The notes under the pieces: model-generated
The model's input: only the letters and a program-made list of their open reading frames with translations
What the model was told of the DNA's origin: nothing
The model's database searches: none
In this document: positions 40,409-54,095 of the stretch, in pieces
Layout of the letters: each line of letters begins with the position of its first letter
How positions within the stretch are numbered: the first letter of the stretch is position 1
Origin: Felis catus
Taxonomy: Eukaryota
Direction of reading: 5' to 3'
Assembly (NCBI RefSeq): GCF_018350175.1
Contig: NC_058368.1
Span: 178,004,001 to 178,068,000 of the forward strand
Length of the DNA stretch: 64,000 bases
Program-made: the position numbers and the translations under genes

Positions 40409-40877
40409 TAATCTGCCAACATTTCATACCCTTCTTCTCTGCTTCATTGGTTTTATTTTCAGTACTTATCACTTTCTAATATATCTTAGGTATTTATCTT
40501 GCTTTGTTACCTGTCTATTCCAACAGAATATCAACTGCATGATAACTGTGATTTTTTTTTAATTTTTATTTATTTATTTTTTTGTCTGTTGCACTTTCAG
40601 AGCCTAAAGCAGTGCTGGCACATTGTAAGTTATCAACAGACATGGGTTACTGAATTAAGAAATCATTACATAAAAAAAAAAAGAAAAAGAAATCATTACA
40701 TAGAAAAGATAGCATGAAACAGGCAAGAACAAGTTAACATTTTATTATCAATTTAGTAAACATCAAAATGTAGAGTCCTTACTAAAAATGAATGTTAATG
40801 GTAATTATATTTTTATTGCTTAAATAAGACAAAAGCAATTTCTTCTCAAAGCATACTCAATCCAAGATGTAATAAAG

Positions 40878-41508
40878 TCTATCTTCTTCATTTGCAGATT
40901 CTCTTATCTAAAAATTTGTCAACTTGGTAAAGTTTATTTGTAACTCCAAAAATACTTGTGACCATTCATGTGTAAGTGGACAACAACAAAATCTAAGCTG
41001 CCCAATGTGTACATTCCAAGCTTAGGTAAAACAAAGCAACACTCTGCTTTCTTGTTTCATCTTTCATACTATAAACAAGTAAGTATTCTTTCATGGTCTT
41101 TTTGGTGCCCAATTTTTTTATACTCAAATTTGTGCTTTCTGTTGGTGATTTTACTATTTAAAATACTGCCCAAGAATAGTGAAGTGCCACATGGTGGTCC
41201 TATGTGAAACAAGTCTGTTATGTGCCTCATAGAGAAAATATATGTGTTAGATAAGCTTCATTCAGGCATGAGCGCTATGGCTATGAGTACAATGTTAATG
41301 AATCAACAATATACATTAAACAAGGTGTTTTAAAAACAGGAACACATATAAAACAAGGTTATATGTTCATCAGCCAATGAAAATGTGACCAGGGGCTGCA
41401 GGAACCTAACGCCATATCTACCCTAGAAACAATAGTTTAATATTTGCTAATTCAGTGTTAACAGCAATGTTATAGATCATAAATTCCAAATAAGGAGATT
41501 TGACTATA
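40878..41508 (-). mobile_element. Second MER82-like element, opposite orientation
   Basis: aaagtttatttgtaactccaaa, cacatataaaacaaggttat and caggaacctaac are reverse complements of motifs in 31591-32228. Confidence 0.72.
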
Positions 41509-41776
41509 TTTCTCAGAATCTTACAGAGGTCATTATTAATAGATTATGCTGCAACTGTGCATGGGACATACGCATTTTGAGTAATGGATGTGAATCTGAA
41601 ACACTGCAAGCATAATTTTTGGTGAGTACAGTGCAATAATTTACCTACCCAATGGGAGTCATTATTTAAAAAATATCCTACTGCAAATTTTTTCAAAATG
41701 AAAAATATTATTTAAGTATAAATAATAACCTTCTTTATATGTTTTATCAATTTAGAAATTCAGAGACTGGTTTTTC

Positions 41777-42194
41777 ATTTATTTATTCATTTTTATTTAT
41801 TTGTTTTTTATTTGAGAGAGAGAGCATGAACAGGAGAGAGGCAGAGTGGGGCTCAGTGCCGAGTCTGACACAGGACTCAATCTTACGACCCTGGGATCAT
41901 GATCTGAGCCGAAATCAAGAGTCAGACACTCAACCGACTGAGCCAACCAGGCACCCCACAGATACTTGTGTTTCTTTTTTTTTTTCTTTTTTTAAATGTT
42001 TATTCATTTTCTGAGAGAGAGAGAAACAGAGTATGAGTGGGGGTGGGGCAGAGAGAGGGAGACACAATCTGAAGCAGGCTCCAGGCTCTAAGCTGTCAGC
42101 GCAGAGCCCAATGCGGGGCTCAAACCCACAAACCACAAGATCATGACCTGAGCCGAAGTCGGAGGCTCAACCGACTGAGCCACCCAGGCGTCCC
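41777..42194 (-). mobile_element. Two tandem Can-SINEs (about 41777-41957 and 41975-42194)
   Basis: Two reverse-complement SINEs separated and flanked by three copies of one target sequence. Confidence 0.9.
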
Positions 42195-44736
42195 TAGATA
42201 CTGGTTTTTCTTAAAGCAAGCTTGACTATTACTAAAAATAATAGCAAACATTTACATGGTATTTTCCATGCACTAGGCAATATTTTAAACATTATCTATT
42301 ACCTATATTTATATCCATTTAATGTCACAAATATTCCTATTAAGTACTGCAGAGCTATGATTCCCATACAGACAATGGAGTTCCAAGAGTTCATTCTCAT
42401 ACCATTAGGAGATACTACTTCCTCTCAAGATCGATGAAAGGGAATACTCAAACACCACCGTTGACAATTAGCTGGACCACAATGATCCAATAATATCTTA
42501 CGAGCCAAGAATCTCTCGAGTTTTTATTTAACACATTTTAATTCCTAATCCTGAATTTTTTCTGTCTCCAAATTTTAATCACAGATGAGACTGCATCTGC
42601 TTTTGGGATCATGTCTAGGGTCTTTCATACTTCCTTTGATTCCCAAACTGCCCGCAATAAAACCAAGTATATGTGACACATGAAATAAGTATGTGTTGAA
42701 TAGTTAAACTTAAAATAAGCAAACTTATTTTGGAGGCTTATCACTAATGTAAACTCAGAAACATCTGCTTATTAGCTCTTGATAAAAACAAGCCTACTTG
42801 AAAATAGTCAAAGAATTCCTCATGCATGTAATTTTTATATCTCTCTGTTGAAATATCAACATTAAAAAATGAAGGCAGTACATTTTAGCTACCAAGAGCA
42901 CAGGCTGAGTTAAAATCCTGCCTCTACTATCAATAAGGTAGTTACTTAATTTCACTTGGATTTAATGCCCTCATCTATAAATATGAGGGTGATACTTACA
43001 CCTGGCTCTCAGGCTTGTGACAAACACTAAATAATATTTTTCATAAAAAGTGGTCATAATAATATTCACTATAAATGCTCAGTACATACTGGCTGTTATT
43101 ACTATTATTATGTTTATAAAAATAGCCATCCCCTTTTTAGTTCTTCTGTATCAAACCTACAAAAACCAAAACATACCAATGCTACATTTATATGTTCTTC
43201 TGAATTTTACTTTAGAAGCTGCTCAAGAAAATTAAGTCACACGATTTTTAAGAGCTTTTCCTCTCTGCCAAAGAGGCTTATTGCAATTAAAGCTAGTTAC
43301 CATTAGCCATATATACTTTCTTAATGCCATTTGTAAAACAAACACAAAAAAACTGTAAAGTAAAAAAATATATATATTCCAAGTAAAACACATTCATGTA
43401 CTTTCCTATGTGGCACGTTCTGCTATAGGGATATAACTAAATAGGTGTGTGTCTGGGGTAGGCTGAAAAGGAAGAGAATCCATGCCCAAAGGATTGAACC
43501 CAGTGAGAGACAGATAATGGGGAAAAATGATTTCTTCAGTGCAGCTGATGAGTATCACTGTCCAATAATAGAAAAATAAAAGATACTAAATACAGGACAT
43601 GAATTTCTCAAATTTAAGTTTTTTTATTTTTTAATTCCTTTTATTCTGTGACTTTGAAATTAAGGCTTGTATATCAAAAAATGCTATGCAGAAACAGCAT
43701 GAGATCAATTGTGAGTATTTTTTTTTCTGAAATTATGGTAAATTCTGAATGGAGGTTTGTTTATTCAGAGGAAAAATAAAATGTTTATTTACTCTCCTTG
43801 TTTTTGGAAACAGTGACTTCTATTATATACAACAAACAACAAAGCAGGCATTTCTTAACCTTAGAAACTTAACCACTGCCTGAATAAATTAGGATTAGTG
43901 TTAGAAATCAACAACGGAATATAAAGGCATTATTTTTAAGCTATCAAACATAATTTTCATATTTAACTGAGAAGTAGTATTTCTCATACACATCCTTTCC
44001 CTAAACCTCAACAATTTTAGACTGACAGTATTCAAAATAATAAATGGTACTTTGGTTACAGAATTCTGTCCACAAAGTTTAAAGAACCATGTAAATCCGT
44101 AAATCGAAATTACATTTAGAAATTTAAATATCCAATAAACAAGTTTCATATCTACACATTTGTTTTGAATATCATCTTTATAATGAGACTAAATTTCCAT
44201 TATAATTTTCCATTTTTCTATTTATTCTGAAATGTTCAGGGCACTTGTTTTAGCAGCTGTTCAAGCAAAGAACATTTTTTCCTTTAACAAAATAATTATT
44301 GCTGTAATAATCTGTAATTATGGTTTATAACTGCAATAATCCCAAAGAAATCAGTCATTACCATAGATCACAAGTAATCGTTAACTACTGTTAATGACCT
44401 ATTTCTTAGGGATTATTGTTTTTGTAAACCATGACCATATCACCACAAATATGGAAGAGCAAGACAATATAATACAAATGAGATCATAATATAATAATAA
44501 ACTTATTTTGTAACATTAAAAGCCATTAAGCATCTAAATTAAAGCACACATAACGAGAGCATATAATTTTCTTTGTTCAACACTAACTGAAGTGTTTAGT
44601 CTGCACAAAAGAAATTGAACACCGCTACATACAACAGTATAAACTAGAGCCACATTAGGCATTTTTTTTGTAATACAAAACAATAATTTTTAAGTAGACC
44701 AGAAATATCTTTGAAAGTAGATTCCTTCCCACTGAC

Positions 44737-44924
44737 TTTTTGTTTTTCTTATTTTTTTACCATTTATTTATTTTCTAGAGACAGAGAGAGACAGAGTGTC
44801 CGTGGGGAAGGGGCAGAGAGAGGAGACGGAGAATCTGAAGCAGGCTCCAGGCTCTGAGCTGTCAGCGCAGAGCCCAACGCGGGGCTGGAACCCTGCTTAA
44901 CTGACTGAGCCACCCAGGTGCCCC
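44737..44924 (-). mobile_element. Internally deleted SINEC_Fc
   Basis: Lacks the gagatcatgacctgagc segment. TSD ccccactg(a/c)ctttt. Confidence 0.87.
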
Positions 44925-45113
44925 ACCCCACTGCCTTTTTACCAAAAAAAAAAAAAAAAAGCAGCAAGAAAACAAATGTTAAAAATTTTCTATGTATTGA
45001 GCATTAGACACTGAATTATTATTAAAAACACATAGTATATCTTATGATAAAAACTCTGAATTTATATTAATCAAGAATCAGGTCTGACTTCATTCACTAG
45101 ATACCCCTATTTA

Positions 45114-45343
45114 TTTATTTTTTTTTTTAATTTTTTTTTTCAATGTTTATTTATTTTTGGGACAGAGAGAGACAGAGCATGAACGGGGGAGGGGCAGAGA
45201 GAGAGGGAGACACAGAATCGGAAACAGGCTCCAGGCTCCGAGCCATCAGCCCAGAGCCTGACGCGGGGCTCGAACTCACGGACCGCGAGATCGTGACCTG
45301 GCTGAAGTTGGACGCTTAACCGACTGCGCCACCCAGGCGCCCC
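45114..45343 (-). mobile_element. Very young SINEC_Fc
   Basis: CpG-rich, perfect TSD TAGATACCCCTATTTA at 45098-45113 and 45344-45359. Confidence 0.96.
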
Positions 45344-45469
45344 TAGATACCCCTATTTAATATCAATAAATTATTACATTGACATTAATTCCATTCATAT
45401 ATCTCAGAACAGCTATATTTTCATTTGGTATCCTTTTGTAGGAAAACAGGTATTTGATTTTACATCTGA

Positions 45470-46915
45470 ATTTTTTTACATTGTAATATAATATTTGCTA
45501 TATCTGAAGCTATACGTAATGGATATGAAGTATAATAAAATGAACACCAGTGAACTCCCTATCCAACTTAAGAACCAAGGCTTTACCAATACAGTCACAC
45601 CTACCTTCATACTCCTCCCCTAGCTTATCCCCTTACCTGCCACCCGAGAGGTAACCATGATCCTGTATTTGGTGCTTATTATTCTCTTGAATTTTTTTTC
45701 TCATTTTACCACTTAGGCATATATTCCTAAAACAATATATTTTTAGTCTCACTTGTTTGGGGCTTTATTAAGTGTCTCATACTATATACAGTTTCCTGAA
45801 AATTGCTTTATTTCACCACCTATCCTATCTCTGAAATTCATCATAAGTATACCTGTACTTCATTCCATTTTACTGTTATATATTACTCTATTGTGTAACC
45901 ATTAGGATCTGTTTATTCATTTGAATGGTTATGGGTATTCGAGCTGTTTCCACTTTGTGTCCTTAGGAACAATTAGACTATGAATATTTTCACACATGTC
46001 CTCTTGTGTAGAAGAGATTTTCTAGAGGACATACCTAAGAGTGGAAGGGCCAAGTCAGCAGGGATTCAAATGTTCCACTTAGCAAAATAACACCAAATTG
46101 ATTTCCATTCCATTTCTGATTGATTTACTTTATACTCCTACCACAAGTATATAAGAACTCCCTTTGATCTACATTCTCCTATATGATTTGCTACTTTTGC
46201 CAATTTACTGGGAGTAACATGGTATCTCATGTGCCTTAGAAGATATCCAAGTGTATAGAGTTCGTTTATTATTATTTTTGCCATTAGTTTTAATTGCAAG
46301 TTAGTAACAATGTGGACTCTGATGCTATGTAACTGAAATTTGTTAAGACTTGCTTTATATACAAATAACTTGCTCAACTTTTAAAAACTGAGATACAATT
46401 GACATATCAGTTACAAGTGTAAAACATATGATTTGATATTTATATATATTAGGAAATGATTACCACAGTAAGTCTAGTTAACATCCATCACCTCACATAG
46501 TCACCAACTTTTTTTTATGGTGAGGACTTTAAAGATTTACTGGCCCCAAAACTTGCAAGTACTATTAACTATACAGTACTATTAACTAACAGTACTATTA
46601 ACTATAGTCATCATGCTGTCCATTACATCCCCATGACATTTATTTTTTAACTGCAAGTTTCTATCTTTTGACCACCTTTACCCATTTTGCCCACTCCCCA
46701 CTCCCTCCTCTGACAATCACCACTCTGTTCTCTGTATCTATAAGTTCAGTTTTTTGTTACGTTTTACTTCCAGATTCTATGTATAAGTGCGATCATATGG
46801 TTATTAATCTTTCTCTGACTTATTTCATTTAGCATAATGCCCTCAAGATCCATCTTTGCTGTCACAAATGACAAGATTTCTTTCCTTTTTATGGCTGAAT
46901 AATAGTCCATTTTAT

Positions 46916-46963
<48 letters not shown>

Positions 46964-48760
46964 ACAGTTTTTCTCCATTCATCCATCAATGGACATTTAG
47001 ATTGCTTTCATGTCCTGGCTACCATAAACAAAGCTGCAATAGACACAGGGGTGTAGATTATCTTTTCAAGTTAGTGTTTTTGTTTTCTTTGAGTAAATAC
47101 ACAGAAGTAGAACTGCTGGATCATATCATAGCTTGATCTTTAATTTTTTGAGAACTACCATCCGTTTTCCATAGCGGCTGCACCAATTTACATTCCCACT
47201 GACAGTGTACAATGGTTGCCTTTTCTTCACATCTTTGTCAACACGTTTTCTCTTGTCTTTTGGATAAAAGCCATTCTAACAGGTGTGAGGTGGTCTCTCA
47301 TTGATTTGCTTTTCCCTGATGTTTAGTGATGTTGAATGCCTTTTGATGTACCTGTTGTTGCTGAGTTATATTAGTTCTTTACATATTTTGGATATTAACC
47401 TTTCATCAGATATATGTTTGCAAATATTTTCTCCCATTGGGTAGGTTACTTTTTCATTTTGCTGATGAAAACTTTTAATGAAGAACTTCAGCAAAGATTT
47501 ATTGGTAGAAAACATTTCTGGTTTTCTACTGGTAGAAAATGTCTTTTGTTCATCCTTGTTCTTGAAAGATACTTCAGCTAACATGTAATTATAGGATTGT
47601 TGTTATTTTGGCACAATTTTTAAAAAATAATATTCTACCATCTTCTGGCTTACATTTTTACTGTTGAGAAGTGAGTTTGTGTTTTTTTGTTTGTTTTTTT
47701 TTTCAACGTTTATTTATTTTTGGGACAGAGAGAGACAGAGCATGAACGGGGGAGGGGCAGAGAGAGAGGGAGACACAGAATCGGAAACAGGCTCCAGGCT
47801 CCGAGCCATCAGCCCAGAGCCTGACGCGGGGCTCGAACTCCCGGACCGCGAGATCGTGACCTGGCTGAAGTTGGACGCTTAACCAACTGCGCCACCCAGG
47901 CGCCCCGAGAAGGGAGTTTATCAGTCTATTTCATACTTTCCAAGCAGCTTTTGAGATTTTCTGTCTTTGGGACTATGTAGTCTGACTAAAATGCTGTTTT
48001 TTGGTTTTGGCTGATAAACGTTGGGTTTGCTATACTGGTGGATTCATGTCTTCATTCAGAAAAACTCTCAGACAGAGTATCTTCAGTTATTGCCTCTGTT
48101 CCATCTTCTCTATTCTGTTTTCCTGGGACTGAATTTGATATCCTGAACTTTCATCCCATCCTTTAATTTCTCTTTTAATTTTCTCACTTTCCTGGTTTCT
48201 CCACTTTCTTGAAAATTTCTTCAAACCTAACTGCCAATTTGAGAATTCTTTTCTCAGCTAGATCTAACTTACTGTTCAATACATTCATTAAATTTCAGGT
48301 CACAAAAATTTGTCTTCAATAATAAAGATTTTACTTGAGTCTTCTTCAGTCTGTCTGGTCATTTTTCATATTCTTTTTTGCTCATTTGTGATTCTATTTT
48401 TTTTTTATTTCTTTACACATTTCATACAGAATTATTTTACATTCCTATCCAATTATAGTATCTTAAGTCCTCTGGGAGGTCCAAATCGAATATACAATTT
48501 ATTGTTTCTCTCAATGCTCATTCATGATGTCTTGTTTCATTATTTGTGTGCTCACTATTTTTTAAATTATGAACACTCATTTGGTTGATCTTAATCTGCA
48601 GGATTCTCGAGGCCCTAAATTATGGTTGCTATTTGTCAGAGAAGATTTTAATTTACTATTTTGCTGGAAGCCAACGGGCTCTAATAATTTGGGACCACTT
48701 TATCCCCTTTGAAGCGTCCAACTTAATAGAAGAATCTTAAGTTCAGTACACCTACCTTGC
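45470..48760 (-). mobile_element. Old L1 fragments, including an L1MA-like 3' end (about 46380-47480) with (CA)n at 46919-46960
   Basis: Degenerate L1 3' UTR motifs (gttaacatccatcacctcacatagt, cttatttcatttagcataatgccctc). Confidence 0.65.
47679..47906 (-). mobile_element. Very young SINEC_Fc
   Basis: CpG-rich. TSD gagaagtgagttt (47666-47678) / gagaagggagttt (47907-47919). Confidence 0.96.
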
Positions 48761-50658
48761 TACTGGCCTAAGGCTTTGCCACCAATTTAATCACTGCTGT
48801 TGATAATTTGCCTTTGAAAGCAATACTGCCTTTTGCCCTTGTTTGCTATTGACTAGTTCCATTCTGGTTAAAGTTCTTTTTTTTTTTTTTTGAGAGAGAG
48901 AAATAATGAGAAGAGGTGGGGGGACAGAGGAGTGTAGAGCAGCACAGGGGAGGAGAAGGAACGTCAAAAACTTCATGAACTTATTTCAAGCCCAGCAATG
49001 CATTAAAAAGTTTATCCAGGAGCTGTTTTGCAGCTGAAAGCCTTCCAGAGCATCAAGCTAACCACAATGAAGTGAAAACTACTCATTCTTTACTATTAAA
49101 AAAGCAAACACTATTTGGGATATAAACTAAAAAGAAAAATATGATTTTATTGGTAGCTGGCCAAACACAAACCAAATTATAACATAACATAATCTGAATT
49201 AATGTAGAAAACAAATCTGAAAAGATACTACATGGGATAGCATTGAGTCATTAGACAAAAACAAAGTTTTAAAAATACTACAACACAGGCTTAAAGGGCA
49301 ACCACAGCTATAAAAAGATACTTAACTAAAAAGACAAGGAGGGATGAAAATTTAGCCTGTGCGCTACTCACCATTCTGTGCACTCTATGTTACATCTGTA
49401 TTTGTCTAATTTGCACAAAGGCACCAAATGTACTTCTGAGCTGATGAAGTAAAATAAATACTCAAAGGCCAAAAAATGTGAGGGCTAAAATTTAGAGACA
49501 TAAGCATGGAAACAACTAGAGAACTTGAATTTTCCCCTGAAGGCCAACGGAAAGCCTAGGGTATGCCCAATGTGAGGAGTCCAACAAGAAACTCACTCTT
49601 AGTGAAAAAAAGGAACTGGAGGGGAAAAAAACCTGCCCTTCACAGAGAAAGACAATAGAGAAACTTTTCTGACCTGACTTTAACATGAGGTAGAGAGGAG
49701 GAAAAAACTCTCAAGTCAGACCTCGCATGATTTGCAGCCTTACTAGACTACCAGTATGATATAAAGAACCTCATTCTAAGGAACTAGTTCACATGGTGTT
49801 GAGTTGGTAGACCCCCTCCACCCCATTTAGTTAATGGACTAAACACTCCAGTTATAAGACAGATGGTCAGAATAGGTTTTTTAAAAAGGAAGAACGATAT
49901 ACTGAGAGATGTACTTTAAATATCAAGACACAGACAGATTGAAAGTAAATGGATGGAGAAGGATATACCGTGTAAATGGAAAGCATAAGAAGGCACTGGC
50001 TATGGTAATATCTGATAAGACACATTTCAAGATTAAAGAATCAATTAACAGAAAAGACAAAACAATTATAGATGTCTATACTTATAGATGTCTTACTTCT
50101 ATAGAAGCAAAAATTGACAATTAAAAGTAGTATAGCAAATTCCACAATCATATTTGGAGATTATACCACCTCTCTCTGTAAATAATAGAAACAGATCAAA
50201 ACAAAACAAAAAATCCGTAAAGACAAAGAATATCTGAACAACACTAGAAACCATCTTGACTTAATTTCTATTTACAAATTGATATCCCAAATGGTAAAGT
50301 ACATCTTATTTTCAAGGGTACATGGTATGTTTACCAGGACACACTATAGGCTAGGTCATAAAAAAAGTCTCAATAAATTTAAAAGGTTTGAAATCCCAGA
50401 AAATAGTATTTGACCAAGGTAGAATTAAATTAGAAATCAGTAACAATAGGACAACTAAGAAAACCCCAAATATTTGGAAATAAAAGGCATACACTTGTCA
50501 AATAATCCATGCATTAATATAGAAATACAGATTGGAAATATTTTTAACTAAATGATTACAAAAATAAAGCATCAAAATTCATGAGATGCAGCTAAAACAA
50601 TGCTTAACAATGACATTTATAACTTTAAATGTTTTTATTAGAAAAATACAAAAATCTA

Positions 50659-50875
50659 GGGGCGCCTGGGTGGCTCAGTCGGTTGAGCGTCCGACTTCAG
50701 CCCAGGTCATGATCTCATGGTCCGTGGGTTCGAGCCCCGCATCGGGCTCTGTGCTGACAGCTCGGAGCCTGGAGCCTGTTTCAGATTCTGTGTCTCCCTC
50801 TCTCTCTGACCCTCCCCTGTTCATGCTGTGTCTCTTTCTGTCTCAAAAATAAATAAACATTAAAAAAAATTTTTA
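50659..50875 (+). mobile_element. SINEC_Fc
   Basis: Perfect TSD AAAAATACAAAAATCTA at 50642-50658 and 50876-50892. Confidence 0.95.
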
Positions 50876-51246
50876 AAAAATACAAAAATCTAAAACTCAA
50901 AGATGTGAAAACTTTATCTAAAAATGGGTGGGGGGGGGTGGAGAGAGACCAAATAAAATCAAATGTATAAAACAGACAATAATAAAACTAAAACAGCTTA
51001 TGAAATAAAAACTGAACAAACAATAAAGAAAATCAATGAAACTAAAAGTTGGTTCTTTGAAAAGATTAACAAAATTGATAAATATCTAAGGGAGAAAGAA
51101 AAATAGACAACAACTGTCACTATCAAAAATGAGAGATGGGTGGGTAAAATGGGTAAACAAGGTCAAAAAATAAAAAATTCCAGTTATAAACTAAGTCATC
51201 GGGATGCAATGTACAACATGTTGACTATGGTTAATACTGTACTGCA

Positions 51247-51341
51247 GGGTGGGTGATGGGTATTGAGGAGGGCACCTTTTGGGATGAGCACTGGGTGTTG
51301 TATGGAAACCAATTTGTCAATAAATTTCATATATAAAAAAA
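51247..51341 (+). mobile_element. 95-bp felid L1 3' stub inside an older L1 3' end
   Basis: gatgagcactgggtgttgtatggaaaccaatttgtcaataaatttcatata plus A tail. TSD aatactgtactgca/aatactatactgca. Confidence 0.9.
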
Positions 51342-51608
51342 AATACTATACTGCATATCGGGAAGCTGCTAAGAGGGCAGATCTTAAAAGTTTTCATCAC
51401 AAGAAGAAAATAATTTTGTAACTATGTATGGTGACAGATGTTAACTAAGACTTACTATGATGATCATGTCACATTATGTACAAATATCAAATCATTATGT
51501 TGTACACCTGAAAATAGTAACACTGCATGTTAAGTATACTTCTGTTAAAAGAGAAAGAATGAAGGGAAAATCATTTCAGATCATACAGACAGTAAAAGAA
51601 TAATAACA

Positions 51609-51808
51609 GGGGTGCCTGGGTGGCTCAGTCTGTTAAGTGACCTGCTCTTGATTTCACCCAGGTCATAATCTCATGGTTTATGAGCCCATGTTGGGCTCCA
51701 CGCTGATAGCATGGAGCCGGCTTGGGATTCTCTCTCTCCCCCTCTGCCAGTTCCCCACTCACATTCGTTCGTTCTCTCTCTCTCTCTCTTTTTTAATAAA
51801 GTTAAAAA
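51609..51808 (+). mobile_element. Can-SINE
   Basis: Head, CT tract and A-rich tail. Degenerate TSD taataacag/aagtaacag. Confidence 0.87.
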
Positions 51809-53890
51809 AAGTAACAGAATATAAAAAATAACTTTATTACAATAAATTTTAAAATACGATAAAGTCTTTGAAAGATACAAATGACTAAGGCACTTAGAAA
51901 ATTTGAATAGTCCTATATCAATTAAAAAATTTGAATTTGTAATTCTAAACCCTCTAGGCCCACTGACTTTGCTGGTGAATTCTATCACACTTTTAACAAA
52001 GAAATAATATTAATGGTACACAAACTCTTTCAGAAGATAAAGAAAGAAGAGGAAATGCTCCTTGACTCATTTTATGAGGCTAGTATTACCCTGTTACCAA
52101 AACCAGGCAAAGTCATCACAAGAAAAGAAAACTACAGATAAATATCGTTCATGAACATCAATGTAAAATAAGAAATTTTTTACAAATGGAATCTAGCATT
52201 ATATAAAGGAACATTATATTATATAATAACAAAGTAGGATTTACCTTGGGAATGTAAAGCTGGCTTGACACAGAAAAATCAATCAATGTAATTCACTATA
52301 TTAGTAAAAAAGCGAAAAAAAAAAATGGGTCATTTGAATAGGTGGATAAAAAGCATTAAAAAAAAAAATCAATGCACCACTCAGTATAAATAGCCAGAGG
52401 AACAGAAGGGAAATTCCTCAAAATTATTATGAACATCTTTTTTAAAACCTACAGATAATATCCTACTCAATGGTGAAAGGCTCAATGTTTTAGATGTACA
52501 AACAGAAACAAGGCCAGACTACCCACTCTTCCCTTTTTATTCAACATTGTACCAGAGGTCCTAACCAGTGGAATAAGGCAAGAAAAAGAAATAAAAAGCT
52601 TGAAGACAAGATATAAAACTGTCTTTATTTGCAGATGACATGATCTTATATAACAATCCAAAAGAATCTACAAAAAAGCTATCGGAATAAGTAAATTTAG
52701 CAAAGTCATAGGACACAAAGAGAAAAATCAATTCTGGTTGTATAGAATAGCAGAGAATGATTATAAGATTTACAACCACATCAAAAATATATAGGAATAA
52801 ATTTAGTGAAACATTTTTAATACCTGTGTGCTGAAAGCAATCAAACGTTGCAAAGAAAATTAAGGGACACCTATGTAAGTGGAGCAACAGACCATGTCCA
52901 CAAACTGGAAGACTCAATATTGTGAAGATGGCCCAATTGATGCATAGATTGAGGCAATCCCAATCAAATTCTAGTGAGACTTTTTAAAGAAATTAACAAG
53001 CTGATGCTAAAATTAATAAAGAAAGGCAAAAGATCGAGAACAGACACAACTATTTTGAGACAGAAGAATGAGACAGTTAGATTACCTGATTTCAAGACTT
53101 ACAAAATTACAGTAACTGAGGCAGTATAACACTGACATAAGGACAGACATACTGATCAATGGTAGAGAATAGAGTCCAGTAATAAACCCTAGCCTTTTAT
53201 AACCAATGGATTTTTGACAAAGGTGTTACAATAATTCAGTGGGGGAAAAGATAGTTGTTACAGCAAATGGTGCTAGAACAACTATATAATTGTATGGGCT
53301 GGGGATGGGGCCTTACCCCCAACTCACACTATTCACAAAAGTTAATGCCAGGAAGTTCACGAATTTAAACATAATAGCTAAAACTATTAAACCTCTAGAA
53401 GAAAATACAGAAGAACATCTCTGTGACTTGCACTGCACAGGATTTCGTAAATACAAGAAGCATAAGCCAGAAAGAAACAATTGAAAAGGTAGATCATCAA
53501 CATTTAAAACTTCTGCTCTTTGAAAAACAGTTGAAGAGAAACGACAGAGAGAAAAATACTTTCAAACATTTATGTGAAAAAGAAATTATATACAGAATAT
53601 GTAAAACAGTCCTACAATTCCAATAAGAATACATAATAAAAGAACAATCTAATTTAAAAATAGACAAAAAAGGTGAACAAATAGTGCACAAGAAAAGATA
53701 TATGAATGGCCAAAAAACACACCACTGTTAAGTATTAGGGACATGCAAATTATAACCATAATGATACACTTTTAGATACCCAGTAGAATGGCTAAGGTTA
53801 AGAAGACACTATCAAATCATGATGCAGATGTAGAGAAAATAATGAGAATGGAAAATGGTACTTTGAAAAACAATATAGTAGTATCCTATA

Positions 53891-54095
53891 TATATTTTTT
53901 TTAACATTTATTCATTTTTGACAGATATAGCATGAGCAGGGAAGGGGCAGAGAGAGGGAGACACAGAATCTGAAGTAGGTTCCAGGCTCTGAGTTGTCAG
54001 CACAGAGCCCGATGTGGGGCTTGAACTCACGAACTGCGAGATCATGACCTGAGCCGAAGTCGGACACTCAACCGACTGAGTCACCCAGGCGCCCC
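53891..54095 (-). mobile_element. SINEC_Fc
   Basis: TSD agtagtatcctata/agtaatatcctata. Confidence 0.92.

Noticed and set aside
46558..46606. Triple AGTACTATTAACTA repeat, and the 17-bp duplication at 29294-29327, as CRISPR-like arrays
   Set aside because: Simple slippage duplications inside old LINE fragments, with no unique spacers, in a mammalian genome.
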